From Cycas panzhihuaensis (Eukaryota; Plantae; Cycadophyta): DNA of 64,000 nucleotides. The notes under the pieces were generated by a model. That model searched no databases, was not told where the DNA came from, and saw only the letters and a list, made by a program, of their open reading frames with translations. The stretch lies in contig CM041465.1 of NCBI GenBank assembly GCA_023213395.1, positions 208,451,741-208,515,740 of the forward strand. Reading direction: 5' to 3'. Numbering within the stretch: the stretch's first letter is position 1; each line of letters begins with the position of its first letter. The position numbers and the translations under genes were made by a program. Below are positions 28,352 to 39,600 of the stretch, one piece after another.

Positions 28352-31300
28352 TGTTGGATATGTTGAATACTCTACAAGTGTTACATATGTATAAGGAGGT
28401 TAAAATTTTAGTCCTGCTTTGGTGTGATTTTCTCCTCTAACCTCCTATGGGGGGATCCAAGTGGGGCAGTAACAAACAAAAAAGAGAATTAGGGTCATTC
28501 ATCATAAAGACACTAGATCTGATGGTTAAGATCTTGTCCCTTATTATGACATTTTTTATATAACCCAAATTGGGTAATTCTTTATAGAGTATACAGAGTA
28601 GATGAGGTGAGTTGGGGTTTTATCTCTATAATTCTTTAGCTTTTGCTCAGATTAATAAAAGGTCTATTCTTAGACCTAAATCTCCTAGTATTCTTTATTG
28701 TATGCTTGATTTGTTTATGTTATTTATTCTTTTCATGGTTAAAGTTCTCTTAATACTACTTTCACGATTATATTTTGTTCTTTATTTGGTATCAGAGCTA
28801 AGGGTTTTAGTTCTATGGGAAGCCATTTGGTGAGTGGGAGCCTTTTTGATAAACTTGAGTGCGAAGATCATGGCAAGCATTACAAAGATGGACATTGAAA
28901 AGTTTAATGGCCAAAACTTTGAGTTGTAGAAACTAAAGATGGAAGATATCCTCATTAAGAAGAATTAGTAGATCATTGTAGCAAGAATAAAGCTTACGAC
29001 TATGGGTGATGAAGACTAAAAGAAACTTGATAAAAAATTAATTAGTCTAATAAGGTTATGCCTTTTAGACATGGTATTATTGAATGTTGTCACAGAGCCT
29101 ACAACCAAAGATCTGTGAACAAAGTTAGGGGCTTTTTATTAGGCTAAGTCCTTGGTTAACAAGTTATTTCTTTGAAAAAGGTTATACTCACTTAGGATAA
29201 ATGATGGAGATGAAGTTGCAGATCATCTCACTACATTTAACATCGTGGTAAGCTAACTTTCTTTAGTTAGGATAATAATGTTTGAATAAGATAAGTGTAT
29301 TACACTATTATGTTCATTTCTTGATTCTTAAGATAATCTTATGATTAGCAGTACGACTGCTCCCACCCTAAAATTCGATGATATTGTTACTTTACTATCA
29401 AAAGAGACAAGGTCAAAATCTTCTAAGAATCATTTAAAAGAAGCATTAGTAGTGAGAGTTTGAATGTTAGATCGTGACCAATAAAAGCCTAGGAACACAT
29501 GGCCAAAATCTAAAGGGAAATCTAAATCTCTAGGTAGAGGCTCATTGGTATGTTGAAGATGTGAGAAGGCTATCCATATGAAGAGCCAATGTCAAGTCAA
29601 GGTTAATAAGGGAAAGTCACCTAAAGCTACTTCTTCTACGATAGCAAAAGCCTCTAATGAAGTTGATGGTAATGTTTATTTGGCAACTTCAGATAAGTTG
29701 TCAAACGTTGAGTCTTGGTTAATTGACTCTAGTGCTTCGCTTCATGTTATTCCCCATAGAGAGTGGTTTTGTAAATATGTAAGTATTGAAGGAGGTGAAG
29801 TAGTTCTTAGGAATCATTACCCATATAAAATTATGGGTCATAGAAGGATGAAGGTTTAATTTGGGGATGGAAGGGTGAAAACTATCCGTGATATGAGCCA
29901 TATTCCTAGTTTGGCTATGGGTTTATTGTCTATTAGTGAATTGGATGATGCAAGAATAGAAGTGATTTTTAATAAAGATAATAATAAAATAGTATGAGGA
30001 GCATTGGTGTTAACAAGAGAGGTCTAATTTGGAATGTATACAAGCTTGATGCGATCATGATGTGTGTTAATAATTGCAACCTAGTTATTATAAAAAGTAG
30101 CAATATTGTAGGTATGACCCAAATATCACTTGTTAGTAAAACTATGTTGTGGTATCAGAGATTGGGCCATATTAGAGAGAAAGGCATTCATGATTTATTC
30201 TCCAAAGGTATGGCAGAAGACATCTCTAGAATTAATGGCTCCTTTGATTTTGATTTCTATGAGCATTGTGTGTATAGCAAATAGAATCGGGTCAGTTTTC
30301 CTTCAAGCTTGAAGAGAGCAAAGGATATTCTACAATTAATACACAGTGATGTTTTTGGACCTATTGGTGTAGCCTCATTGGGTGGGTCCAAATTCTTTGT
30401 CTCATTCATAGATGATTTCTTGATAAAGGCTTGGTTGTATTTTCTAAGGGAGAAATTTGAGGTCTTTAGTAAATTCAAAAAATTCAAGGCCTTGGTCAAG
30501 AATCAAAGTAATAAGTGGATCAAGGTGTTGAGGATTAATAATGGAGGTGAGTTTTGCTCAAAGGAGTTTGAATAGTTTTATAAGCAGTATAAAATAATAA
30601 GGCAAAATACAATTCCCTATACATCACAAAAAAATGGAGTTGTTGAAAGGATGAATAGGACCTTGTTGGAGAGATTGAGCAATATGCTTAGTGTTGCTAG
30701 ATTAAAGAAGAAATTCAGGGCTAAGGCTGTGATGGCTACAAGCTACCTGATAAATAAATCATTAACAATTGCCTTAATATATAAAATGCCTAAAAAAGTG
30801 TGGTCTAGTAAGAAACCATCTCTTCATCATCTTAGAGTTTTTGGTTGTGAAGCTTTTATGCATATTTCTCAATAGTAGAGGACTAAGCTTGATTTTAAAG
30901 CATAAAAGACTATTTTCATTGGCTATGGTGAATTTTATAACCTTGAAACATAAATAGTTGTATATAGTTGTGATGTTGTCTTTACAAAGGAGTTTAAGTC
31001 TCTAAAGCAGGATAAAGAACCAAAGGAGAAAAACTCTAAGAAGGTGCAATTTGAGGTAAGAGATGAAGATTCTTCATTAGAATATGAGTCAATTAAAGAG
31101 AAAGGACTAGTTATAAAGGTATCTCAACCTCAATAACCTCACATATTGAGGAGATCAACTCGCGAGAGAAGACAACCTGACAAGTATATTCTTAAAGACT
31201 TTCATCACTCCTCTTTTATTTTATCTGTTATAGATGATGATCCAAGTACTATTCAAGAGGCTCTGGAGTCAAAAGAGATCAAACTCTAGATGAAGGCTAT

Positions 31301-33395
31301 GGAAGAACTAATAATGACCTTAGATAAAAGCAACACATGGGATTTAGTGGATCTACTTGATGGTAAAAAACTTATTGATAACAAATAGATTTTTGTGAAG
31401 AAGTCCTAGGTAGATGTTACTGTGGGAAAATACAAAGCTCACTTGGTAGTAAAGTGTTATTCGTAGGTTAAGGGAATAGATTTTGGTGAGGTATTTTCTC
31501 CTATTATAAAAATAGCTTCAATTAGATTTTTGTTGGCTATAGTAGCTACCTATGACCTTAAGGTGGATCAAATGGATGTGAAGATTGAATTTCTTCATGG
31601 TGACCTTGAGGAAAAAATTTATATATTGTAGCATGAAGGTTTTGAATTTACAAGGAAGGAGAATATGGTGTATAGGTTGGAAAAGTCATTATATAGCTTG
31701 AAATAATCACCAAGGATATGGTATCAGAATTTCAATTTACATATGTTGCCAGATGGCTTTATGAATAGCAAAGTAGATCATTATGTCTATTACAAATAGG
31801 TTGGTGATCACTTTGTTATTCTAGCTTTATATATTGATGACATACTTTAGTTGGTAATAATAAAGAAATAAACAAACTTGTCAAAAACCAACTAGCATCT
31901 CATTTTGAGATGAAGGACCTTGGTTCTGCACATTTTATTTTAGGCATTGAGATTAAAAGGGATAGGAGAAATAACAAGATTTGGCTTAACCAAAGTCGGT
32001 AGATTGAGATAATATTGTAGCAGTTTAGGTTGTAGGATACTGAACTAATTAATATTCCTCTTCCTATTGGTTTAAAATTACTGGCTGAACAATGCCTAAA
32101 GACTCACTAATAAGTTAAAGACATGGCATTTTTCCCTTATGCTAATGTTGTTGGTAGCTTGATGTATGCAATAGTTTGCACTCGACTAAATATTACATGT
32201 GAAATGGGAGTAGTTAGCAGGTACATGTTAAACCCAAGAAGGAAGCATTAAGTGGCTATGAAAAGGATTTCTAGGTATTTGTGGGGTACATTAGACTATG
32301 GAATTTTCTATCAAGGAGATCCCTTGGAGAGTAGAATAGTGAACCTAAGGGGTTTTATTAATATTGATTGGGTTGGAGATCTTGACAATAGAAGATTTAC
32401 AAGTAGGTATGTTTTTACCCTTTATGGTGGTACAGTCAACTGGATGAGTAAAAGACAATAAGTTGTGGTATTTTCTAGTATAGAAGTAGATTATATGGCA
32501 ACTACCTATGCATGTAAGGAAGTAATTTGATTACAAAGATTATGCACAGATGTTGCTTTAAGCAGGATCCTATGAGAATAAATTTTAATAGTCAAAGTGC
32601 AATCTACCTAGCAAAGAACCCTACTTTTCATACTCAGTCAAAGCATATTGATATGCAATTCCATTTTGTGAGAGAAATAGTTCAAGATCACAAGGTAGAC
32701 TTGTAAAAGATTACTATATAAGAGAGTATTATAGACTCGTTGACTAAGGTTATTAGCACAAAAAAAAAAAATGGTATAGAAAGGCAATGGGTGTTTGTGA
32801 TATTAGTATTAAACAGTTGTATATGTAGGTTTCTTGTAAAGTATTCAGTAAGTGAGAGATTATAGGATATGTTGAACACTTTACAAATATTACATATGTA
32901 TAAGGAGTTTAAAATTTTAGTCTTGCTTTGGTGTAGTTTTCCCCTCCAACCTACTGCAGGGCGATCTAAGGGGGGCGATAACCCCCTTTGATGGGGGAGG
33001 TGAGAGATGTCCCCCCCTCCCCCAATGCAAAGTAGGGGTTCGAGGGTAACAACTCCTAAAGTAAATTTTAAGGATCAAACAAAAAAGAGAATCAAGGTTG
33101 TTCATCATAAAGATCCTAGATCTAACAATTTAGATCTTGTACCTTCTTATGACATTCCTTATATAACTTGAATTGGGTAATTGTTTGTAGAGTGTACAGA
33201 GTGGATGAGTTAATAAGGAGAGTTGGGGTTTAATCTCTATAATTCTTTAGCTTTTGCTCAAATTAATAAAAGGTCTATGCTTAGACCTAAATCTCTTAGT
33301 GCTCTTTGTTATGTACTTGATTTGTTTATGTTATTTGTTCTTTGCATGGTTAAAGTTCTGTTAATATTTCTTTCATGGTTGCATTTTGCTCTTTA
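28352..33395 (+). mobile_element. Full-length decayed Ty1/copia, Tnt1/Tork-like, nested
   Basis: LTRs 28352-28784 and 32861-33395. PBS tggtatcagagc 28787-28798; gag MASITKMDIEKFNGQNFEL(W)KLKMED from 28870; PR WLIDSSASLH; INT LIHSDVFGP/FIDDF; RT; RNaseH; PPT 32850-32860. Imperfect TSD (gaaat/aaatt); the host frame GE|IKLIY resumes after the element. Confidence 0.95.
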
Positions 33396-33846
33396 AAATT
33401 AAGTTAATCTATATACAAACAGATGAATAGTTAGCTAACATCTTCTCCAAACCCCTTATATAGCATAGGTCTTAAAATTGTAGAAAATCATTGGATGTGA
33501 TAATGATGTAAACATTAAGAGTTTGGAGGAGGGGGGAGAGGGGGTTATCTATGGGCACATGTGGTGTTATATTTATTGTGCAAATTATAATAATACTTAC
33601 ATTAGGATTTCCTAATATACTTATATTTATATTATGATGTAATTAGTTAAGGTCACCACTTGTGAAACTCATACGTGTAGCTAACCATAAGGCAGTTACA
33701 CATATTATATAAAGCACATATGTGCACATCATAAACGGTTATATTAATAACAAATAAAAATAAATGAAAATTTAAAAGGGTAGATAAATTCTACTCATAA
33801 ATACTTGTTGTCTTATTTTATCCTTATGCAACTTTGATTTCCAACA
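33396..33846 (+). mobile_element. Host copia RNase H end, PPT and 3' LTR (~33545-33846)
   Basis: KLIYIQTDE(Q)LANIFSKPL, G-rich PPT 33525-33544, LTR ending CCAACA. Confidence 0.85.
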
Positions 33847-33849
33847 AAG

Positions 33850-34655
33850 ATAGGGTAATCAAAAATCATGAAGTGGGTCAGTCTCATAAGAGAAGTAAAG
33901 AAGAATTAGTCTAATGCTCATCATTGTTTATTCGCAATTATTAATTATAGTACCAATGGAATTATTTCTAATACCTATAGAGGAATCACCACTAAGTAGC
34001 CATCTTACTCACTTATGAACCTCTATAAGGATTAACGAGTAGAAAAGGAAGGCAAACGAAAGTCCATCATATTGACAATCCAGCATAGTATATGGTGCCC
34101 TTAGCAATACCATGAATGAAAAACTCATAAGGCATGCAACCATGATAAATAACTACCAGTAGCATAGTCCTTCACTATTAATGAGGCTTATATTACGTGC
34201 AAGCATATTAATGGTAACTTATACATAATGTTTAAGTTATAAATAATGATGGGCAAAGCTTGCATATGGTATAGTAATAAGTCCTTATAAGAATTTTATT
34301 GGAAGCTATTGTTGTAGTGATTTAGTTACATGAACTAAAAGAAATGGTTCAATTGTAGAAGTAGTAGGTTGTAGTGCTAAACCAATAAGTGGCATAACTT
34401 TTACCCTATATGGTAGATATGAAAACCTAATTATAGTTTTATAAAGATTAGGTATTATACATTATAATATAGACAGTGTGGAACTCTAAGCATAGCAAAG
34501 GGTCTAAGTACCATAATTCTCTACTCTAACCTAATAATGATGTAGTATCTACTACAGTGAATGATGGTCATTATACTCCTATAGAACATTTTCCATAGTA
34601 ATTAGTAGAATAAACTAGCACAAAAATACAAGACTTGCCTAAGGAATAGAAATGT
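33850..34655 (+). pseudogene. Decayed ORF of unknown family (coiled-coil region then ...QFYKDQVL...WNSK...NDGHY...), probably TE accessory; copy A
   Basis: 34400-34655 aligns with 53712-53966; the frame reopens when TAA/TAG are reverted to Gln. Confidence 0.45.
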
Positions 34656-34671
34656 ACATCGATCAATATTT

Positions 34672-35545
34672 GTTAGAATTATTAATATTTACTTTAGGAA
34701 TTTAATATGCACTTAGTATATAAGGTCATCGTTTAATGTCATAAGCCCTAGTGAGGCTCAAGGAGTAGAGGAGTTTTTGTGCTGATAGGTATCTCTAGCC
34801 AACTTTCCTTATGACTATCACCCCATATCATAAGAAGAGAGTAATTTTAAGTGGAAACAAAGCTTTTCCTAGTTTATCATAACTTGCCCATGCATATGGT
34901 CTACCACCACTAGTTAAAATGCCCTTGGTTTATTGTATCTTACCTACATATTTCATTCTAGCCAACTTTTCCTACAACTATTACTCCACACCATAAGACA
35001 GAAGTAATTTAAAGTGAAAAGAAAAAAACTACCTATGGTTTATCATAAACTACCCATGTATACTATCTATCACCATTGGTTAAAATGTCCATGGTTTATC
35101 ACATCCTACTTACATAATGTATACTATCATACCATTATGAAGCCATTTTCTATATGGTTTAGTCTTAGCATTTACATGAATGTCAGCTATATTTATAAGA
35201 CCTCCATATGTTATGGATTTTGATGAAAGGGTTGCAATGTTTATATCTTAGACCCACTAAATCATCAAATCTATGCTATTGATTGATGTATTTGTGTAAT
35301 ACATAAAGCACCTTCTATGTCACACAGTGCCTATTAGAACTTCCAGACTTATAGTGTATACTAGTTTATTTTAAATAAAGTTCATAACTCCTTAGGGAGG
35401 TGTAACTCATGGGATATATAACTTTTAATATGCCTAGGTGGTTATAATATATATATATGTATATATATATATATATGAATACATATATAATTATTCAAGT
35501 ATAATAAAATAGATATGTGATCATTATTATCCTAAATTTTTGATA
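34672..35545 (+). repeat. Solo-like copia LTR interrupted by a ~600-bp insert containing a ~163-bp tandem duplication
   Basis: 34672-34778 and 35380-35545 match LTR 53352-53700; duplicated units at 34794-34950 and 34957-35116. Confidence 0.65.
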
Positions 35546-36690
35546 GGGTGTCAGACCTTAGTTAAGCAAGTTACCATTTGTGAATAGTGAGGTCAAGGAG
35601 AAAGTGTAAGCCTCTCTATTACTTAATGTGTCGCCTCTTAACTTGGGGCTAAATATATTACATAACTCATCCCATTAATCTATGTAAAGCACTATTACGC
35701 GGATATCTACTAGGAGGTTAAGAGATAGGGTTAGTTATGGAACTTGGTGCATGAGTTGGTAAGTTAGCCAATGGTATGCAAGGCTACTATGTTGTCTAAT
35801 AGAATATAAGGCTACTTGGGCCACCAATAGGATTCCATACGAAAGACCCTCTTTTGTCTATATAAGGGTCGTAGATTGTAAAATATGGTTAACTTGATGT
35901 TACTTTAGTAAAGACTGTGTTATGGTACTCTTTATTTTTTGTGATCAATTAGCACTCTTGTGTTCTTGTGAGATTTTTTAATAATTTGATTATCCTATTA
36001 GTTAGAATAAAGTGGTTACAATTGTCATTATTTTGCTATCTTAAGGAGCACCTATGAGAGGATACATCCCAAGTGGTATCAAAACTGTGTTGTGATCGTG
36101 GGAAGCTACCTAGATTTTTTTTTTTTTTTTTCCTATTAGATCGAGTACTCTCTCTACCCTAGTAGGGATCGAGGAAAGACCTTTGCTTAGTACTCTCTCC
36201 ACGAAGATTGAGGAATGATACCAAGACAGTCTAAGAGTCATCAGAGAAGTAGAATTTCTACCCCTAGCTAATGTCAGTATTTTATTTTTCTACTTTTCAT
36301 GTAGTTTTAATTTCATTTCTGTATTTTAATTTTTGCATTGAATTATATCCCAAGGGTAGATAACACCACTAGGTGGCTACCCTTTCTCCCTCCCACCTCT
36401 CTTTCCTAGGTAGATAACACCATTAGGTGGCTACCCAAGTAGTTAGGTAGAGATCTTGTACCGGGGGTCTTTAAATATCATAGGGATCTGCCATTCTGTC
36501 TAAGTACATCGTGGATTTTCTGTCTCTTACGTGAAGGACTAGAGATAATACTTTTAAACTAAACCCTAGATAGAACTTGGCTATAAAAGTGTACCTCCAT
36601 GTACCTTTAGGTATATAAGAGGACCCCTTTAGGTCCCAAATCCCTCTTAGCATAAGCAAACTATCGACTGTTAAAGTCTTGTAGTGCTGT

Positions 36691-39600
36691 TGAAAAGGGT
36701 TAATGACATAAGGTCATTACATTAGTTGATTATTTCGAAAAAGGGTCTTAAGTGAACTTTAAATTAGATCACTTAAGTGAAATGTACTTTCATGTGCATT
36801 ATGTGTAATTTCATTTCACCTAACTCAAATGCTCACTCTCTCAATATAAAAGTAAAGCTCAATGGAGGAGATTCATTCTTACCTCCCCATTTTGTGAGAG
36901 CTACTTTCTTTCTCTCAAGTCTCTCTTGCTCCCATGTTTGCCTTTGTGTTTAGTGCATGGAGATGAAGGATAGATCCACTCTTTTCATGTGGTATCAGAG
37001 CTTTCTTCCTTCATATTCCCCACTTGCACTTGCAATGGAGCCATCACTTCCTTCTCCCCCACAATCCATGTGGTGAAGGAGATTGTGAAAGTGAATTTAG
37101 AAATATTTTGAAGTTATTATGATAGCATATTTTGTATTGTTTGCTTTTCCTTTCTCTTTTATAGGTTTGGAAGCATAATACAAGGAGTTGTAAGGCCCAA
37201 GGATTCCAATCCTTTGCTGGCCATTCATGCTATCTCATTCTTCTTTTTCTTTTCCCTTTTTTGTCCATTTAACAAGGGGAAATCTTTCAAATTTTTCCAG
37301 CATTTAGAAGAATGATTGTAAGGGGAGTTTTTACCCTTTTTTTTTTAAGAATTTTGAGCCATTTAAAATATCTATCATTGTATGCTCTCACCTTGCCCAT
37401 ATTGGGATCCTGGTGATCAAAAAATGATGGAAATTTCATATGGTATCATGTGCTAATGAGATATTAGCAAGCTGAAATTTCTGCAGAAATACAATTTGAT
37501 TATTGAACTTCATAGGTCTGCAAAATCTTCTACAGAGATCCAATTGAAGTGATTCTAATTGTCAAAGATGGGGCTCTGAGTCTACTTTCTAGTGCAAAAA
37601 CTAGCACCTAATTTGGATGTCGTATGAGGAAGTTATTGCTGTTTTACTGAACAGTAGTTATTTTTAGTAAGAATTCTAGAAAAATATAATTTCCTAACTT
37701 CGCGGGGCTGTCAAAAACTTTCCAGAACTCATTTGGACCTGATTCCACTTCTTGAAGATGAAGCTCTGAGTCTAATTTGCAGCACAAAAATTGGCACTCT
37801 ATTTCGACATCGTGGAAGAAAGTTATTACAGATTTAGTGAGGAGTACTTTTTTTGTATTAACAAAAAAAAAAAAGTCGTAAAATTTCTTCCTTTTTATAA
37901 GGCTTAAAAGCCCATTGTAAAAGTGAGAAAAAAAAAAAAACACCTGGATCAGAGCAATATCCGGTGTCCTCACTCACTTATTAGCATTGCATTTCAACGC
38001 TCTAAAATCACCCAAAGCAAGCACTCCAAAGACACTTTAAGCAAGCACTCCAAAAGCACTCCAAGCAAGCATTATTTTCAGTTAAATGTACGTTTGATGC
38101 AATTCGATAATCTTTTCACTCTTCCTAAAAGGAACGCATCACGTACGCTATTTTCTGCCATCTTGTACCTGTTCACACACTCACCAAGGTTGAGATACCT
38201 TGGCTGGCAGAATGCCATGCCATAAAGGAGGTGTGGGTTTCAAGTTGGGACTGGACTAACCTAATATTGGTGAGGTTTGGTTAGCCATACCATCGTGCCT
38301 CAATCAGGGATCATCTTGATAACCAACCGGAAAAACTGAAACTTTAATACAAGATTAAAATATACCCAATCTAGTATCCGTCATAGCCATGGGTATGCAC
38401 ATACCACTCTTTAGAGGAGGTATATAGCTGCTCATTGGTGAACTGGGTGAGGATTGGGAGTACCAGGCTCGTTGTGACTTGGATTTCATCACCAAGCACG
38501 ATTGCGGGTATCGCGGGTGAAGGCCAAATTAATTCTACTAGAAGCCTAGGCATCCCTTCAACAACCTCAACTACACGTTGGACACAAGTTAGAGGTTATT
38601 GGGTTGATTACGCATCCTACATTCGAGTTTCAAGTTGTGTAAACCCAATGATGTCAACTTCTACATTGGCCTCTGATCTTGTATATTGATCACTTACTTA
38701 TTTGTAAAAGTGATCCATAGTGTAATCACAATCATAGTACTTCTCATATTCCTGCGTCAGTTAATATTTGCCACAAGTGTTAGTGGCCAATTTTTATCAT
38801 AGTGCTTCTCATATTCCTCTGCGTCAGGTTAATATTTGTCACAAGTGTTGGTGACTTTTCTCTAAGTTGCTCCCTTCATCTTTGAGCAACCATTCTCACT
38901 TCTTCTTCCTTCTTCTACACTACTTCATTACATTTCCCATTTGTAAATAGTGATCGGTCATTTATTGCCATCACTTTTATAGTCTCTTGTTCATTTCTTC
39001 CCTTCTAAAAAGACACAATGTCTTCACAATTCAAGCAAAATGTGAACTGCATTCTAAAAGGGAAAGAAAATTGGGACATGTGGTTCACTGGTGTCAAAAA
39101 TGCTACAAAGTATGAAGGTCTATGGAGAGATCACTTACAACCTACACCACTGCTGCATTCTGACTACCACAATCGCTTCAAAGATGAGGTGCTCAATGCT
39201 CCCATCAAGTTGTAGCTAAACGCCAATGGGAACTTGATGATGATAAAATCCATGCAGGGATACTGCTTGTCACTGATTATTCCCTGCATAATCTCATTGA
39301 TGAAGCTATACATGATACAGCATGGAAAGTTCTTGAAGTTCTTAAGAAGAACTTTGACACTAAATCAGACTTAGAATTTGTTCACTTAGTCTGAAGATGA
39401 ACAAATTGAAAATGCGAAAAGGACATGCAAGTGAGACAATCAATCTCCTTCGTCCAATGAAGCAAGCCATTGATAAAGATTTTAAAACTCAATGTATTAC
39501 ATGGGCTTTCTTGATTCACCATGTCTCCATATCCCGCATTATAAAAATCTATTGGGAGTCTTCAATCCAAAGGGAACTTTGAAGACCCTAAACTTTAAGG

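Noticed and set aside
37070-37100. PPT-like ggtgaaggagat-TG suggesting a nested element with its other LTR at 43517
   Set aside because: Sequence after 37084 does not match 43517 onward, so they are not an LTR pair.
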